Of a stretch of 64,000 nt of DNA, positions 8,536-17,555 are shown piece by piece; within the stretch, counting starts at the first letter, position 1, and each line of letters starts with the position of its first letter. The notes below the pieces were generated by a model that ran no database searches, was not told the origin of the DNA, and worked only from the letters and a program-made list of their open reading frames with translations. The position numbers were made by a program, and so were the translations under genes. This DNA comes from Clostridia bacterium (GTDB lineage: Bacteria > Bacillota > Clostridia > UMGS1810): NCBI GenBank assembly GCA_045646525.1, contig JAZRKX010000038.1, positions 8,885 through 72,884 on the forward strand, read 5' to 3'.

Positions 8536-9027
8536 ATGAGTAAAGAATTAAGGTTACACAGATGTTGTTTTACAGGGCATCGACCTGACAAAATGGAGCT
8601 TGGAGAAAGAGAAATTAAGCCATTACTGGAAAAAGCAATAGATGATGCTATTGCAGATGGTTATGTAACCTTTATAACAGGTATGGCAATGGGAACTGAT
8701 ATATGGGCAGCTGAGATTGCTTTGGAGAGAAAGAAAACGAACAAGGACTTACATCTGATATGTGCGTTACCTCACCCGAATTTTGAGAGCAAGCGGAGTA
8801 TGACAGAAAAGATGAGGTTTAACAAGATAATCAAAAATGCTGACCTTGTAAAAGAAATCAATGACCATTATTTTACTGGATGCTATCAGGTGAGAAATGA
8901 ATGGATGGTTGACAGGTCAAATCTTGTAATTGCTGTGTTCAATGGTCAAAGGAGTGGGACGAAAAATACGGTTGATTATGCAAAAAGAAAAGGCATTCAT
9001 GTTATGAATGTCCTCGATAGCATTTAA
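8536..9027 (+). CDS. SLOG-fold DUF1273 (YpsA-like) protein
   Basis: 163 aa. CCFTGHRPDKM...YVTFITGMAMGTDIWAAEIAL is characteristic of the DUF1273/YpsA family. Confidence 0.75.
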   Translation: MSKELRLHRCCFTGHRPDKMELGEREIKPLLEKAIDDAIADGYVTFITGMAMGTDIWAAEIALERKKTNKDLHLICALPHPNFESKRSMTEKMRFNKIIKNADLVKEINDHYFTGCYQVRNEWMVDRSNLVIAVFNGQRSGTKNTVDYAKRKGIHVMNVLDSI

Positions 9028-9222
9028 AATCGATTTTGAGGCCGAGTTGCAACGGCTGTTAAAGGGGTGTAAGACCAAACTCTCTCGGGAAGGGTAGTTA
9101 CACCACCCGAGGCATTAAATCGCAAATAAGACGGCCGTTAAAGGGCGTGTGAGCAAAATAAAAGCGGATGCAACCTTAAGCTCTTTATTGAGCAGGTTAC
9201 ACCCGTTAAATTATGATTGTTT

Positions 9223-9408
9223 TTACGGATAATATGGATTGGGTTTGAAGAGCAGTATTATTAAATCTACTATGACGCCAACACCGAATAATCCGCCGGT
9301 ACATAGATATACGATACCTAATAAAATTCTTTCTTCATAGAATTTATGAATTCCCAAGTAACCTAAGAATAGGCATAGGAAGAATGATATCCATTTTGAT
9401 TTTGGCAT
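9223..9408 (-). CDS. TM2 domain-containing small membrane protein
   Basis: 61 aa. FFLCLFLGYLGIHKFY...G is the TM2 pattern. Confidence 0.7.
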   Translation of the reverse strand: MPKSKWISFFLCLFLGYLGIHKFYEERILLGIVYLCTGGLFGVGVIVDLIILLFKPNPYYP

Positions 9409-9421
9409 ATAACCACCTCAG

Positions 9422-9934
9422 TTATTTATTTTTTAATGAATCTATAAATGCCGATAGTTTGTTTACGATTTTATCTTTGCTTAAAAATTCTGATGCAATT
9501 TCGGAAAGGTCATTAATTACTTTGATTATATTTTCTTCTCCAAGCCAATGTTCGCAAATTATTTCATTATCTACACTATTTATCAAGTCTGAAAGTGTCT
9601 TAATTATTAACAAAGCATCGTCTGTAAAACCACCGGGAATTAAATCGGGGATAATATCTATTGGTGATATACAATAAACGATAGCACATCCTAAATACAA
9701 TTTATTCTTTGTTGGAACTCGATTATCTCCAAACAACTTGCAAGTTAAATGAAAGAAATCAGGAAACATCATTATGTAGTTTATATGTTTAGCTTTTGGG
9801 TGCTCGTTAATGTAATCATCTACTCTTTTTCTTAGCTTTTCATAAAAATCTTTTTGTTTTCTTTCGTCAGAGGCTTTTTTTATAATACTTTCTCTGTCTT
9901 TATCTGAAAACTCATTAAAATTAAAGTTTTCCAT
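9422..9934 (-). CDS. YkvA/DUF1232 family protein
   Basis: AIVYCISPIDIIPDLIPGGFTDDALL is the DUF1232 signature. Confidence 0.7.
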   Translation of the reverse strand: MENFNFNEFSDKDRESIIKKASDERKQKDFYEKLRKRVDDYINEHPKAKHINYIMMFPDFFHLTCKLFGDNRVPTKNKLYLGCAIVYCISPIDIIPDLIPGGFTDDALLIIKTLSDLINSVDNEIICEHWLGEENIIKVINDLSEIASEFLSKDKIVNKLSAFIDSLKNK

Positions 9935-9956
9935 TTAATTCCACTCCTTTTAGTGA

Positions 9957-10589
9957 TTAATCTTTTTGTTTATTTTCTGTGTTTTCATCGATATTTGTTT
10001 CGGTTGAACTATCTTCATAACGCCATTTGATTTGGTAATCTATGTCGGATATTTCGCCCATCTTCTTGATATAATTTTCTATTAGCTCTTGTGCTCGATC
10101 TTGTGCATTGAGTAATAACGATTTATTATTTTTTACACTTTCGGACATTTCTATTTGAGCAGAGTTTATTGCTGAAGTTTGGTCATCGGCAGTAATTTTG
10201 TTTTTTACTAGGCCATCTGCTGATTTGATATATGATTCCTTGTTCAAATCATTTTCGTATATATCTATATCTAACAATTCTGCATTAGGTAAAGAAACTG
10301 TCACATTATTTCCGTTGATTTCCATATTCACTTTTGACATATCTATACCTATTTTTGCTATTCCTGTATATTCAATCCAAAATTCTCTTTCTTTTTTTAA
10401 CCAAGAATCTGCAGGTTTCTTTGATTTGGCAACATTATGGTAGTAACACTCTAATGTTGCTAAATTACAGATAGAACGAATTTGGGTAATATCCGGTTCT
10501 TTCACGATTGTATTGTTGTTTTGTTTGCATCCTGCTAAAAGAAAGCAACAGACTAGCGTGGTTAAAATAAGTATTCTTAATTTCCTCAT
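9957..10589 (-). CDS. DUF4230 lipoprotein
   Basis: Track ORF 9957..10610. The likely start is the ATG (MRKLRIL...) 10 nt after GGAGGG. Lipobox LLAGC. CNLATLECYYHNV...WIEYTGIAKIGIDMSKV resembles DUF4230. Confidence 0.6.
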   Translation of the reverse strand: MRKLRILILTTLVCCFLLAGCKQNNNTIVKEPDITQIRSICNLATLECYYHNVAKSKKPADSWLKKEREFWIEYTGIAKIGIDMSKVNMEINGNNVTVSLPNAELLDIDIYENDLNKESYIKSADGLVKNKITADDQTSAINSAQIEMSESVKNNKSLLLNAQDRAQELIENYIKKMGEISDIDYQIKWRYEDSSTETNIDENTENKQKD

Positions 10590-10606
10590 GATACCATTTC
10601 CCTCCA

Positions 10607-11281
10607 TCAATTAATCTCTACGGTATAAGTGCTGTCAATGGCATCAATCCAAGGTTTGAATAGCGCTTCTACCGAAGATATGGCATTTTCCCTTGCAGTG
10701 TCATGCAGTACATTTTCCTTTTCGATTCTTTCTTTTAAATCGTCTTTGCAAAGTTTATATGCTTCTTGCGAAATGTCTTCTGTTTCATATCTATTTTTTG
10801 TGAATATGTATTCCATAGTACCCATATCTACTTTAGTGCTATGAATTTCTACGGCAGGAATAGTTATTATAACTTTCTTTTCATCTTTGAGGACATCTAT
10901 TCCGATTTCATTGAAGTCAATTCCGGCAGTTACAGTGCCCTCGTACGCAACATAATACATTGCATCATTATCTTCGTCATATTTTGTTGCAGTCGCATTA
11001 TAAGTGTAATCAACTGTGGAAAGTTCGTTTATTTCGATAACTTTTTGTAAAGATGACTTTGAAATTGTTGTTAGTTGACCGCCTTTGTTTTGAGTGATTG
11101 CCAATAAAATTGCAACAACAATTATTAATACTAATGATAAAATGACTATTATTTTTGTTTGTAGTTGCAATTTTGGGAATTTAATTTTAAATTTCTTCTT
11201 AGTTTTTTCAGCAGTAATATTTTCTGCATTAGGAATTGCCTGCTCTTGTTCTGAAATGATTATTTTTTCTTTGGTTTCCAT
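10607..11281 (-). CDS. DUF4230 membrane-anchored protein (paralogue of the downstream gene)
   Basis: Track ORF 10607..11338. The likely start, METKEK, lies after GGAGGG. One TM helix. LSTVDYTYNATA...YEGTVTAGIDFNEIGIDV resembles DUF4230. Confidence 0.6.
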   Translation of the reverse strand: METKEKIIISEQEQAIPNAENITAEKTKKKFKIKFPKLQLQTKIIVILSLVLIIVVAILLAITQNKGGQLTTISKSSLQKVIEINELSTVDYTYNATATKYDEDNDAMYYVAYEGTVTAGIDFNEIGIDVLKDEKKVIITIPAVEIHSTKVDMGTMEYIFTKNRYETEDISQEAYKLCKDDLKERIEKENVLHDTARENAISSVEALFKPWIDAIDSTYTVEIN

Positions 11282-11415
11282 AAAACACCCTCCACATATA
11301 TTTTCAAAACAGTGTTTGTAAATTTCGCGAATATCCATTTATTTACTTTATTATATCACTAGAAGCGTAAAAGGACAATAATTTTGTCGAAATTTGTTGT
11401 TTGTGCATAGAAAAA

Positions 11416-11441
11416 GCGTGATGACATTAAAATCATCACGC
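11416..11441. terminator. hairpin terminator downstream of tRNA-Ser
   Basis: GCGTGATGA-N8-TCATCACGC flanked by AAAAA and TTTTT. Confidence 0.65.
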
Positions 11442-11445
11442 TTTT

Positions 11446-11538
11446 TGGCGGAGATGCAGAGATTTGAACTCTGGCGCCGGTTTGAGCCGACCTACTGCAT
11501 TTCGAGTGCAGACCCTTCAACCACTTGGGTACATCTCC
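11446..11538 (-). tRNA. tRNA-Ser (anticodon CGA), CCA encoded
   Basis: The reverse complement folds by eye. Acceptor stem GGAGATG/CATCTCC, anticodon stem CTGCA/TGCAG with loop CTCGAAA, a long variable arm, T-arm CAGAG-TTCAAAT-CTCTG, and 3' GCCA. Confidence 0.9.
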
Positions 11539-11639
11539 AGATATGTTTGAACTCCGATTTGACGGAGAAAAAACTGAGCAAATTATAAATTTTTGTTAGA
11601 AAAATGTTAGAAATGGCTAGAAAAACCGCTAGATAAGGG

Positions 11640-11761
11640 TGTAAAAACAAGGTTTGAACCTCGCTTAAACCCGCGTGGTTAAGCCATTTGCAGGGGTACA
11701 GTTACAGTGTAACCGAGGGGATTTCGAGTCGTTCTCGTTATGACCACTTCGATACTTCTCC
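11640..11761 (-). other. tRNA-Ser-related fragment / structured RNA-like segment
   Basis: The minus strand begins GGAGAAGTATCGAAGTGGTCATAACGAG.ACGACTCGAAAT. This parallels the acceptor 5' half, D-arm (with compensatory TCG/CGA) and anticodon loop of the neighbouring tRNA-Ser. It lacks a pairing anticodon stem and a matching acceptor 3' strand. Confidence 0.3.
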
Positions 11762-11854
11762 AAATATAAGAGAGCGCAACCCAAAAGTTAAGCTCAACAA
11801 ATGTTATTATACACCAAATAAGATACTTTGTAAATACCAAATTTAAAAAACTTT

Positions 11855-12514
11855 CTAAGATATATCAAACAGATTCCATGGAAATTGCATGGCATCGGGC
11901 AGGGAGGAGTATTGCCTTTTTGTGTTGTCAAAAGGAGAGTCAAAAGAAATCTTGTGCGACCAAAGTGCCACAGGGCAATTATCTTTGCCGCTTCCGTAGC
12001 GTCTGTCGCCTACAAGTGGCATCTTTCTGTGGGAAAACTGGACTCGTATTTGATGTGTTCTTCCTGTGTGCAGGAGGATTTTTACAAGGCTCATTTGCTT
12101 GCACTCATAACACACGGTATCTATAAGTTCATATTCCAAAGAGGCTTCCTTTACACCTTTGCGGAGCCTTTTTACAACGTAGCTTTTGTTTTTGGAAGAA
12201 TCTTTAAAAAGCAAATCTTCTAAAACACCTTTTTCAGCTTCGGGTTTTCCGTGGATTATTGCAAGATATGTTTTTTGCATGTTGCCCTCGGACACAATTT
12301 TAGAAAGAGAGGCGGCACTCTGTTTTGTAAGAGCATATACCATGGTACCGCCGACCGCGTTATCAAGCCTATGAATAGGGTAGATGCTGTCCAAAGAAAC
12401 ATTTATCTCTTGTGATATAATTGTGGGCATATCGCACTTACCGTTGGTTTTTTGAGAAGACACACCAACGGGCTTTTTGCATATTATGTAATTTTGTTCG
12501 TTGTGTATTATCAT
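11855..12514 (-). CDS. RluA-family pseudouridine synthase (no S4 domain)
   Basis: HRLDNAVGGTMVYA (catalytic Asp motif) and GRTHQIRVQF. Confidence 0.8.
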   Translation of the reverse strand: MIIHNEQNYIICKKPVGVSSQKTNGKCDMPTIISQEINVSLDSIYPIHRLDNAVGGTMVYALTKQSAASLSKIVSEGNMQKTYLAIIHGKPEAEKGVLEDLLFKDSSKNKSYVVKRLRKGVKEASLEYELIDTVCYECKQMSLVKILLHTGRTHQIRVQFSHRKMPLVGDRRYGSGKDNCPVALWSHKISFDSPFDNTKRQYSSLPDAMQFPWNLFDIS

Positions 12515-12664
12515 ATTTTCACCTGAACATTCTTGCTTGTTTGTAATATTATAAAGCTGTTTGTGTAATTTTTCAATGTTTTTTTGAATTTTTGATTGAA
12601 AATGTAAAAATCTTGTGTTACAATATTTTCATATGTAAAAATAGGTAAGAGAGGAAATATCTTA

Positions 12665-13216
12665 ATGCGGGATTATAAAGACAAAATTTTTACAATTCCA
12701 AATATTATGTCCATGATAAGAATTGCGCTTATCCCTATAATTGTGTGGCTTTACTGCTTTAAAGATTCGTGGGTGTGGACTGCTGTTTTGCTTATAGCAT
12801 CTGCGCTTACAGATATTGTAGACGGCTTTATAGCAAGGCACTTTAATATGATAAGTAATTTCGGTAAAGCCATAGACCCTGTGGCAGACAAGCTTACCCA
12901 GTTTGTTATGCTTATATGCCTTCTTACCAGATTTCCCATGATGATTCTTCCTTGTATGCTTCTTATGGCAAAGGAGATTATATCTGCCATTACTGCCATG
13001 ATTGCTATACGAAGAACGGGCAAAGTAGAGGGTGCCGATTGGCACGGCAAGGTATGTACCTGCCTTATGTATGCGATGATGCTCTTGCATGTAGTGTGGT
13101 TTAATATACCTGCAATCGTGTCGAATATTTTCATTGCAGTATGTACGGCGATGCTTGTCTTATCTTTCTTTCTATACAATACACGAAATATCAAAGCGGC
13201 AAAAGAGGCTGTATAA
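12665..13216 (+). CDS. pgsA: CDP-alcohol phosphatidyltransferase, probably phosphatidylglycerophosphate synthase
   Basis: DIVDGFIARHFNMISNFGKAIDPVADKL matches D-x2-DG-x2-AR-x8-G-x3-D-x3-D. Multi-TM protein of 183 aa. Confidence 0.75.
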   Translation: MRDYKDKIFTIPNIMSMIRIALIPIIVWLYCFKDSWVWTAVLLIASALTDIVDGFIARHFNMISNFGKAIDPVADKLTQFVMLICLLTRFPMMILPCMLLMAKEIISAITAMIAIRRTGKVEGADWHGKVCTCLMYAMMLLHVVWFNIPAIVSNIFIAVCTAMLVLSFFLYNTRNIKAAKEAV

Positions 13217-13221
13217 ACAGG

Positions 13222-13251
13222 CGGTGTGTCAAATGACACACCGTATTTTTT
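13222..13251 (+). terminator. rho-independent terminator after pgsA
   Basis: CGGTGTGTC-AAAT-GACACACCG followed by a T run. Confidence 0.7.
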
Positions 13252-13399
13252 ATGCAACAAAAAATATTTTTTGTAAATTTTTTGATAAAATACTGTTCAA
13301 TTAGAAATTTTTGTAGTATAATGTTAAATGATATAATAGACTAATTGTTTTTTGTTAAGACATACGGGGTTCGACTTAAAGGGAGGCGAGCGTAATCCG

Positions 13400-15478
13400 A
13401 TGAGACAATTTGAGATACTTTCACCTGCGGGAAGCTTGGAAACTCTCATTTGTGCCGTAAATAACGGGGCAGATGCTGTTTACATCGGCGGCAGAGAATT
13501 CAGCGCTCGCAAAAATGCTGTGAACTTTTCAAAAGAGGATATACAAGAGGCAGTAAGATATGCCCACCTTTATGATGCAAAGGTGTATGTAACAGTAAAC
13601 ACCCTTGTGTACGACAGTGAGTTTAAGGGGTTTTATGAATTTATAAAATTTCTCTACTCTGCAGGGGTGGATGCACTTATCATTCAGGATTTGGGTGTAC
13701 TTTCTATGGTTAAGAGGTGCTTTCCTGATTTTGAGGTACATGCCAGTACGCAGATGACCATACACAATATCTCGGGTGCCCGCCTTGCAAAAGAGCTTGG
13801 CTTTAAACGTGTGGTGCTCTCGAGGGAGCTCACATTCGATGAGATTAAAAATATATCCGATAATGTGGATATAGAACTGGAGGTTTTTGTTCACGGAGCT
13901 CTTTGTATGAGTTATAGCGGTCAATGCCTTATGAGTAGTTTCATAGGCGGCAGAAGCGGCAATCGCGGCGATTGTGCACAGCCGTGCAGACTTCCGTATA
14001 CACTTATGAATTCCAAAGGCAAAAATATATCCAACAAAGAAAAGTATCTTTTGAGTCTCAAGGATTTGTGCCTTATAGACGAGATGAAGACTCTCATGGA
14101 ATGCGGTGTTACCTCGCTTAAAATAGAGGGGAGAATGAAGAGCGCCGAATATGTGTCTGTGGTTACATCCATATACGATAAATATAGGGACGGCTCAAAG
14201 GTAGAAGAGAGAGACCGTTCCGCGCTAAAGAGTATATTCAGCCGAAACGGATTTACCCAAGGATATTTAGAGGGCAATACGGGAAGACACATGCTCAATT
14301 ACGATAAAAATAATGACGATGTGTATCAGAATATATCGCATGATGTAAAAGAGCTTGCCGCAAAGCTAAAAAGTAAAGCACACGAACCGATTGAATTTCA
14401 TGCCCATGTATCTGTGTATCACGATATGCCTATGACGCTTACAGTAAGTGCCAAAGGCGAAAGTGTCACTGTAGAGGGCAGTATAAATGCCGAGCAGGCT
14501 GTAAATGCACCTCTTACAGAAGAAAGACTTACATCGCAGATTGCAAAAAGCGGCTCTACACCTTTTGTACTTTCGGGCATAAAGACAGATATAGCTCAGG
14601 GAGTAAGCCTGCCTGTAAAAGAGATAAACAACATTCGAAGAGAAGCACTTTCGCTTCTTGAGGACAAGCTTACCGCCACTTTGGATAGAAAATCAGAAAT
14701 TCCGTTTAATTACGAAACACCTTACTCAAAGCCACCGAAGAAACTCACTTTAAATGCAGAGGTCAGGACTTTAGAACAGTTTGAGGCAGCCTCAAAGGCG
14801 GGTTTTGATAAGATACTTGTTCCGTACAGCTTGTATAAGGACAACAAAACTTTCATAGATGAATCAGGTCGCACCGTTGCGGTGATATTGCCTGCTGTAG
14901 CAAGGGATATACATCCTGTAGATACTCATATCATTTCGGGGGAAATATATGCTTCGAACTTTTCGCAGCTTGCACTTTGCAAGGATAGAAAGGTTAGTGC
15001 AAACCATAATATAAATGTGTTCAATAGCCATAGTGCAGAATTTGTAAAAAATCTTGGTATTGAGACAGTTTGCATTTCTCCCGAGGTTACGCAAAAGGAA
15101 TTATTGTCTATGAAAACCTCTGCCGATAAGGAGATTATAGTATACGGCAGAATACCTCTTATGACAGTTCAGAATTGCATTGTAAAGTCTGCTTTGGGCT
15201 GCGGATGCAAGGATGAATACTACCTGCTAAAGGACCGAAAAGGAGTAGAGTTTCCTGTAATAACAGATAAGAATTCCTGTACAAATACCATATACAACAG
15301 CCTGCCCGTTTATATGGCGGATAAGCTTACAGACGATGTATCGGCAGATGTATCTTATATGAGATTTGTATTTACTACGGAAAGCGCGGGAGATATTTTC
15401 GATATATACCGCATGTATAAAAACAAAGAAAGACCAAGCTTTGATTTTACAAGAGGACATTATTTCCGCGGAGTTTAG
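13400..15478 (+). CDS. U32 family peptidase (collagenase-like/PrtC-type, long form)
   Basis: Track ORF 13352..15478. The ATG at 13400 follows AAGGGAGG. MRQFEILSPAGSLETLICAVNNGADAVYIGG is the typical U32 N-terminus. Confidence 0.8.
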   Translation: MRQFEILSPAGSLETLICAVNNGADAVYIGGREFSARKNAVNFSKEDIQEAVRYAHLYDAKVYVTVNTLVYDSEFKGFYEFIKFLYSAGVDALIIQDLGVLSMVKRCFPDFEVHASTQMTIHNISGARLAKELGFKRVVLSRELTFDEIKNISDNVDIELEVFVHGALCMSYSGQCLMSSFIGGRSGNRGDCAQPCRLPYTLMNSKGKNISNKEKYLLSLKDLCLIDEMKTLMECGVTSLKIEGRMKSAEYVSVVTSIYDKYRDGSKVEERDRSALKSIFSRNGFTQGYLEGNTGRHMLNYDKNNDDVYQNISHDVKELAAKLKSKAHEPIEFHAHVSVYHDMPMTLTVSAKGESVTVEGSINAEQAVNAPLTEERLTSQIAKSGSTPFVLSGIKTDIAQGVSLPVKEINNIRREALSLLEDKLTATLDRKSEIPFNYETPYSKPPKKLTLNAEVRTLEQFEAASKAGFDKILVPYSLYKDNKTFIDESGRTVAVILPAVARDIHPVDTHIISGEIYASNFSQLALCKDRKVSANHNINVFNSHSAEFVKNLGIETVCISPEVTQKELLSMKTSADKEIIVYGRIPLMTVQNCIVKSALGCGCKDEYYLLKDRKGVEFPVITDKNSCTNTIYNSLPVYMADKLTDDVSADVSYMRFVFTTESAGDIFDIYRMYKNKERPSFDFTRGHYFRGV

Positions 15479-15494
15479 AAAGGATGCATGAATT

Positions 15495-15950
15495 ATGCAC
15501 GATATAGAAGTAAAGATTAAATTTTTGGAGAATAATAAAGAGCAGAAATTGCCTTTTTATGCAACAGAGGGTTCAGCAGGGATGGACCTTACCGCGTGTA
15601 TTGAGGAAGATATAGTATTAAAACCGCTCGAAAGGGTAACCGTGCCTACGGGTATTGCAATAGGGCTTCCAAGCGGCGATTATGGTGCATTTATATTTGC
15701 CCGAAGCGGTCTTGCTACTAAAAAAGGCATAACACTTTCCAACTGTGTAGGAGTGGTAGACAGTGACTACACAGGAGAAATCAAAGTAGGGCTTATAAAT
15801 TTGAGCAGCGAGGAGTATACCCTCACAAAAGGAGAGAGAATAGCGCAGATGGTTATTCTGCCCGTGGCTCATGCAAAATTTGCAGTTTGCGAAGAACTGG
15901 ATAAAACAGAGAGAGGCAGTGGGGGATTTGGCTCCACAGGTGCGTATTGA
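15495..15950 (+). CDS. dut: dUTP diphosphatase
   Basis: ATEGSAGMDL, GERIAQMVI and RGSGGFGSTG motifs. Confidence 0.9.
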   Translation: MHDIEVKIKFLENNKEQKLPFYATEGSAGMDLTACIEEDIVLKPLERVTVPTGIAIGLPSGDYGAFIFARSGLATKKGITLSNCVGVVDSDYTGEIKVGLINLSSEEYTLTKGERIAQMVILPVAHAKFAVCEELDKTERGSGGFGSTGAY

Positions 15951-16534
15951 TGAGAGAAATAATATTGGCTTCCCAGTCTCCGAGACGAAAAGAGCTTTTG
16001 GAGAACATCGGAGTTAAATTTCAGATTCTTGTAAGCGATATAGATGAATCTTTGGTTTCAAAAGAGCTTGAGCCCGGTATGTATGTGCGTGAACTTGCAT
16101 TTCTTAAGGCTCTGGATATAGCAAAGCATTGTCCAAAAAATATGTTTGTAATAGGTGCAGATACCGTGGTAGTGCTTGACGGCGAGATTCTCGGCAAACC
16201 AAAAGACAGGGATGAAGCTTTCGAAATGCTCAAAAAGCTTTCGGGCAGAACACACTATGTATTCACGGGTATAAGTATAGCGGATACAAACGATATGCAC
16301 ACAGTATCGGAATACGAGAAAACGGCAGTTACATTCAAAGAACTTACAGAAAAGGAAATAAATTATTATATAGATAATTATAATGTGCTCGACAAAGCAG
16401 GAGCATATGCCATTCAGGAATATGCAGGTACTTTTGTAAAGAGTATAAACGGAGATTATTTTAATATAGTGGGACTTCCTGTGTGCAGACTGTGTACACT
16501 TGTTTTGGAAGAATACGGGGAGGAATTGGTATAA
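15947..16534 (+). CDS. maf: Maf-like nucleoside triphosphate pyrophosphatase (septum formation protein)
   Basis: [19 protein letters not shown] and AGAYAIQ motifs. The start overlaps the dut stop. Confidence 0.9.
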   Translation: MMREIILASQSPRRKELLENIGVKFQILVSDIDESLVSKELEPGMYVRELAFLKALDIAKHCPKNMFVIGADTVVVLDGEILGKPKDRDEAFEMLKKLSGRTHYVFTGISIADTNDMHTVSEYEKTAVTFKELTEKEINYYIDNYNVLDKAGAYAIQEYAGTFVKSINGDYFNIVGLPVCRLCTLVLEEYGEELV

Positions 16535-17535
16535 TGGCAAAAAGAGATATAGGTATAGATTTAGGCACGGCAAACACACTTGTGTATCTTAAAAGCAAGG
16601 GCATAGTAATAAATGAGCCAAGTGTTGTTGCAATAAATAAAGATACAGGCGAGGTTGTTGCTGTAGGCACTCTTGCAAAGCAGATGCTCGGCAGAACACC
16701 CGAAAACATTGTAGCAGTCCGCCCGTTAAAAGACGGAGTAATAGCCGATTTTGATGTAACACAGGTTATGCTTAAGTATTTTATAAACAAAGCTCTTGAA
16801 AAAAGCGGATTTTCAAAACCCAGAGTTGTTATCTGCGTTCCCTCCGGAGTTACAGATGTAGAAAAAATGGCTATAGAGGAGGCAACCGTTCAGGCAGGTG
16901 CGAGAGAGGCTTATCTTATAGAGGAGCCCATGGCAGCCGCCTTTGGCTCAAGTCTTCCCGTAGAAGAAGCCACAGGAAGTATGATATGCGATATAGGGGG
17001 CGGAACAAGTGAGGTTGCTGTTATATCGCTTGGCGGAATAGTAAACAGTAAGACTCTCCGTATGGCAGGAGACACCATGAATGAAGCCATAGTAAACTAT
17101 GTCCGCAGAGAGTACAATGTATTGATAGGTGAGCCTACCGCAGAAAGAGTAAAGATAGAAATAGGTTCTGTAGAGCCTCTTACCCTCGAGGAATACACCG
17201 AGGTTTGCGGCAGGGATTTATCAACAGGACTTCCCAAGTTTATAAAGATAACCTCGTATGATGTAAGAGAGGCTATAAGCGAGTGTATATCTGCCATTGT
17301 GGATGCAATTAAGCTCACTTTGGAAGATACACCGCCCGAGCTTTCTGCCGATATTATAGACAGGGGCATTGTGCTCACAGGCGGCGGTGCGCTTATACGC
17401 GGTCTTGATTCGCTTATTAAAAAGGAGACAGGCATGGATGTTATAATTGCCGATAAGCCGCTCGAGAGCGTTGTAGCAGGTGCAGGTCTTGTTATAAGCG
17501 AGATAGAAAGCTTAAGCGAAGCTCTTGCAAGGTAA
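16534..17535 (+). CDS. mreB: rod shape-determining protein MreB
   Basis: Track ORF 16483..17535. The in-frame ATG at 16534 gives [18 protein letters not shown], the canonical MreB N-terminus. Confidence 0.95.
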   Translation: MAKRDIGIDLGTANTLVYLKSKGIVINEPSVVAINKDTGEVVAVGTLAKQMLGRTPENIVAVRPLKDGVIADFDVTQVMLKYFINKALEKSGFSKPRVVICVPSGVTDVEKMAIEEATVQAGAREAYLIEEPMAAAFGSSLPVEEATGSMICDIGGGTSEVAVISLGGIVNSKTLRMAGDTMNEAIVNYVRREYNVLIGEPTAERVKIEIGSVEPLTLEEYTEVCGRDLSTGLPKFIKITSYDVREAISECISAIVDAIKLTLEDTPPELSADIIDRGIVLTGGGALIRGLDSLIKKETGMDVIIADKPLESVVAGAGLVISEIESLSEALAR

Positions 17536-17555
17536 TTCGGAAGGGAATTTTTACG

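Noticed and set aside
11380-11395. A TTGTCGAAAT upstream of the DUF4230 operon that resembles the cassette leader box.
   Set aside because: It is a single heptamer match with no second half-site or junction core. This is expected by chance in 64 kb.
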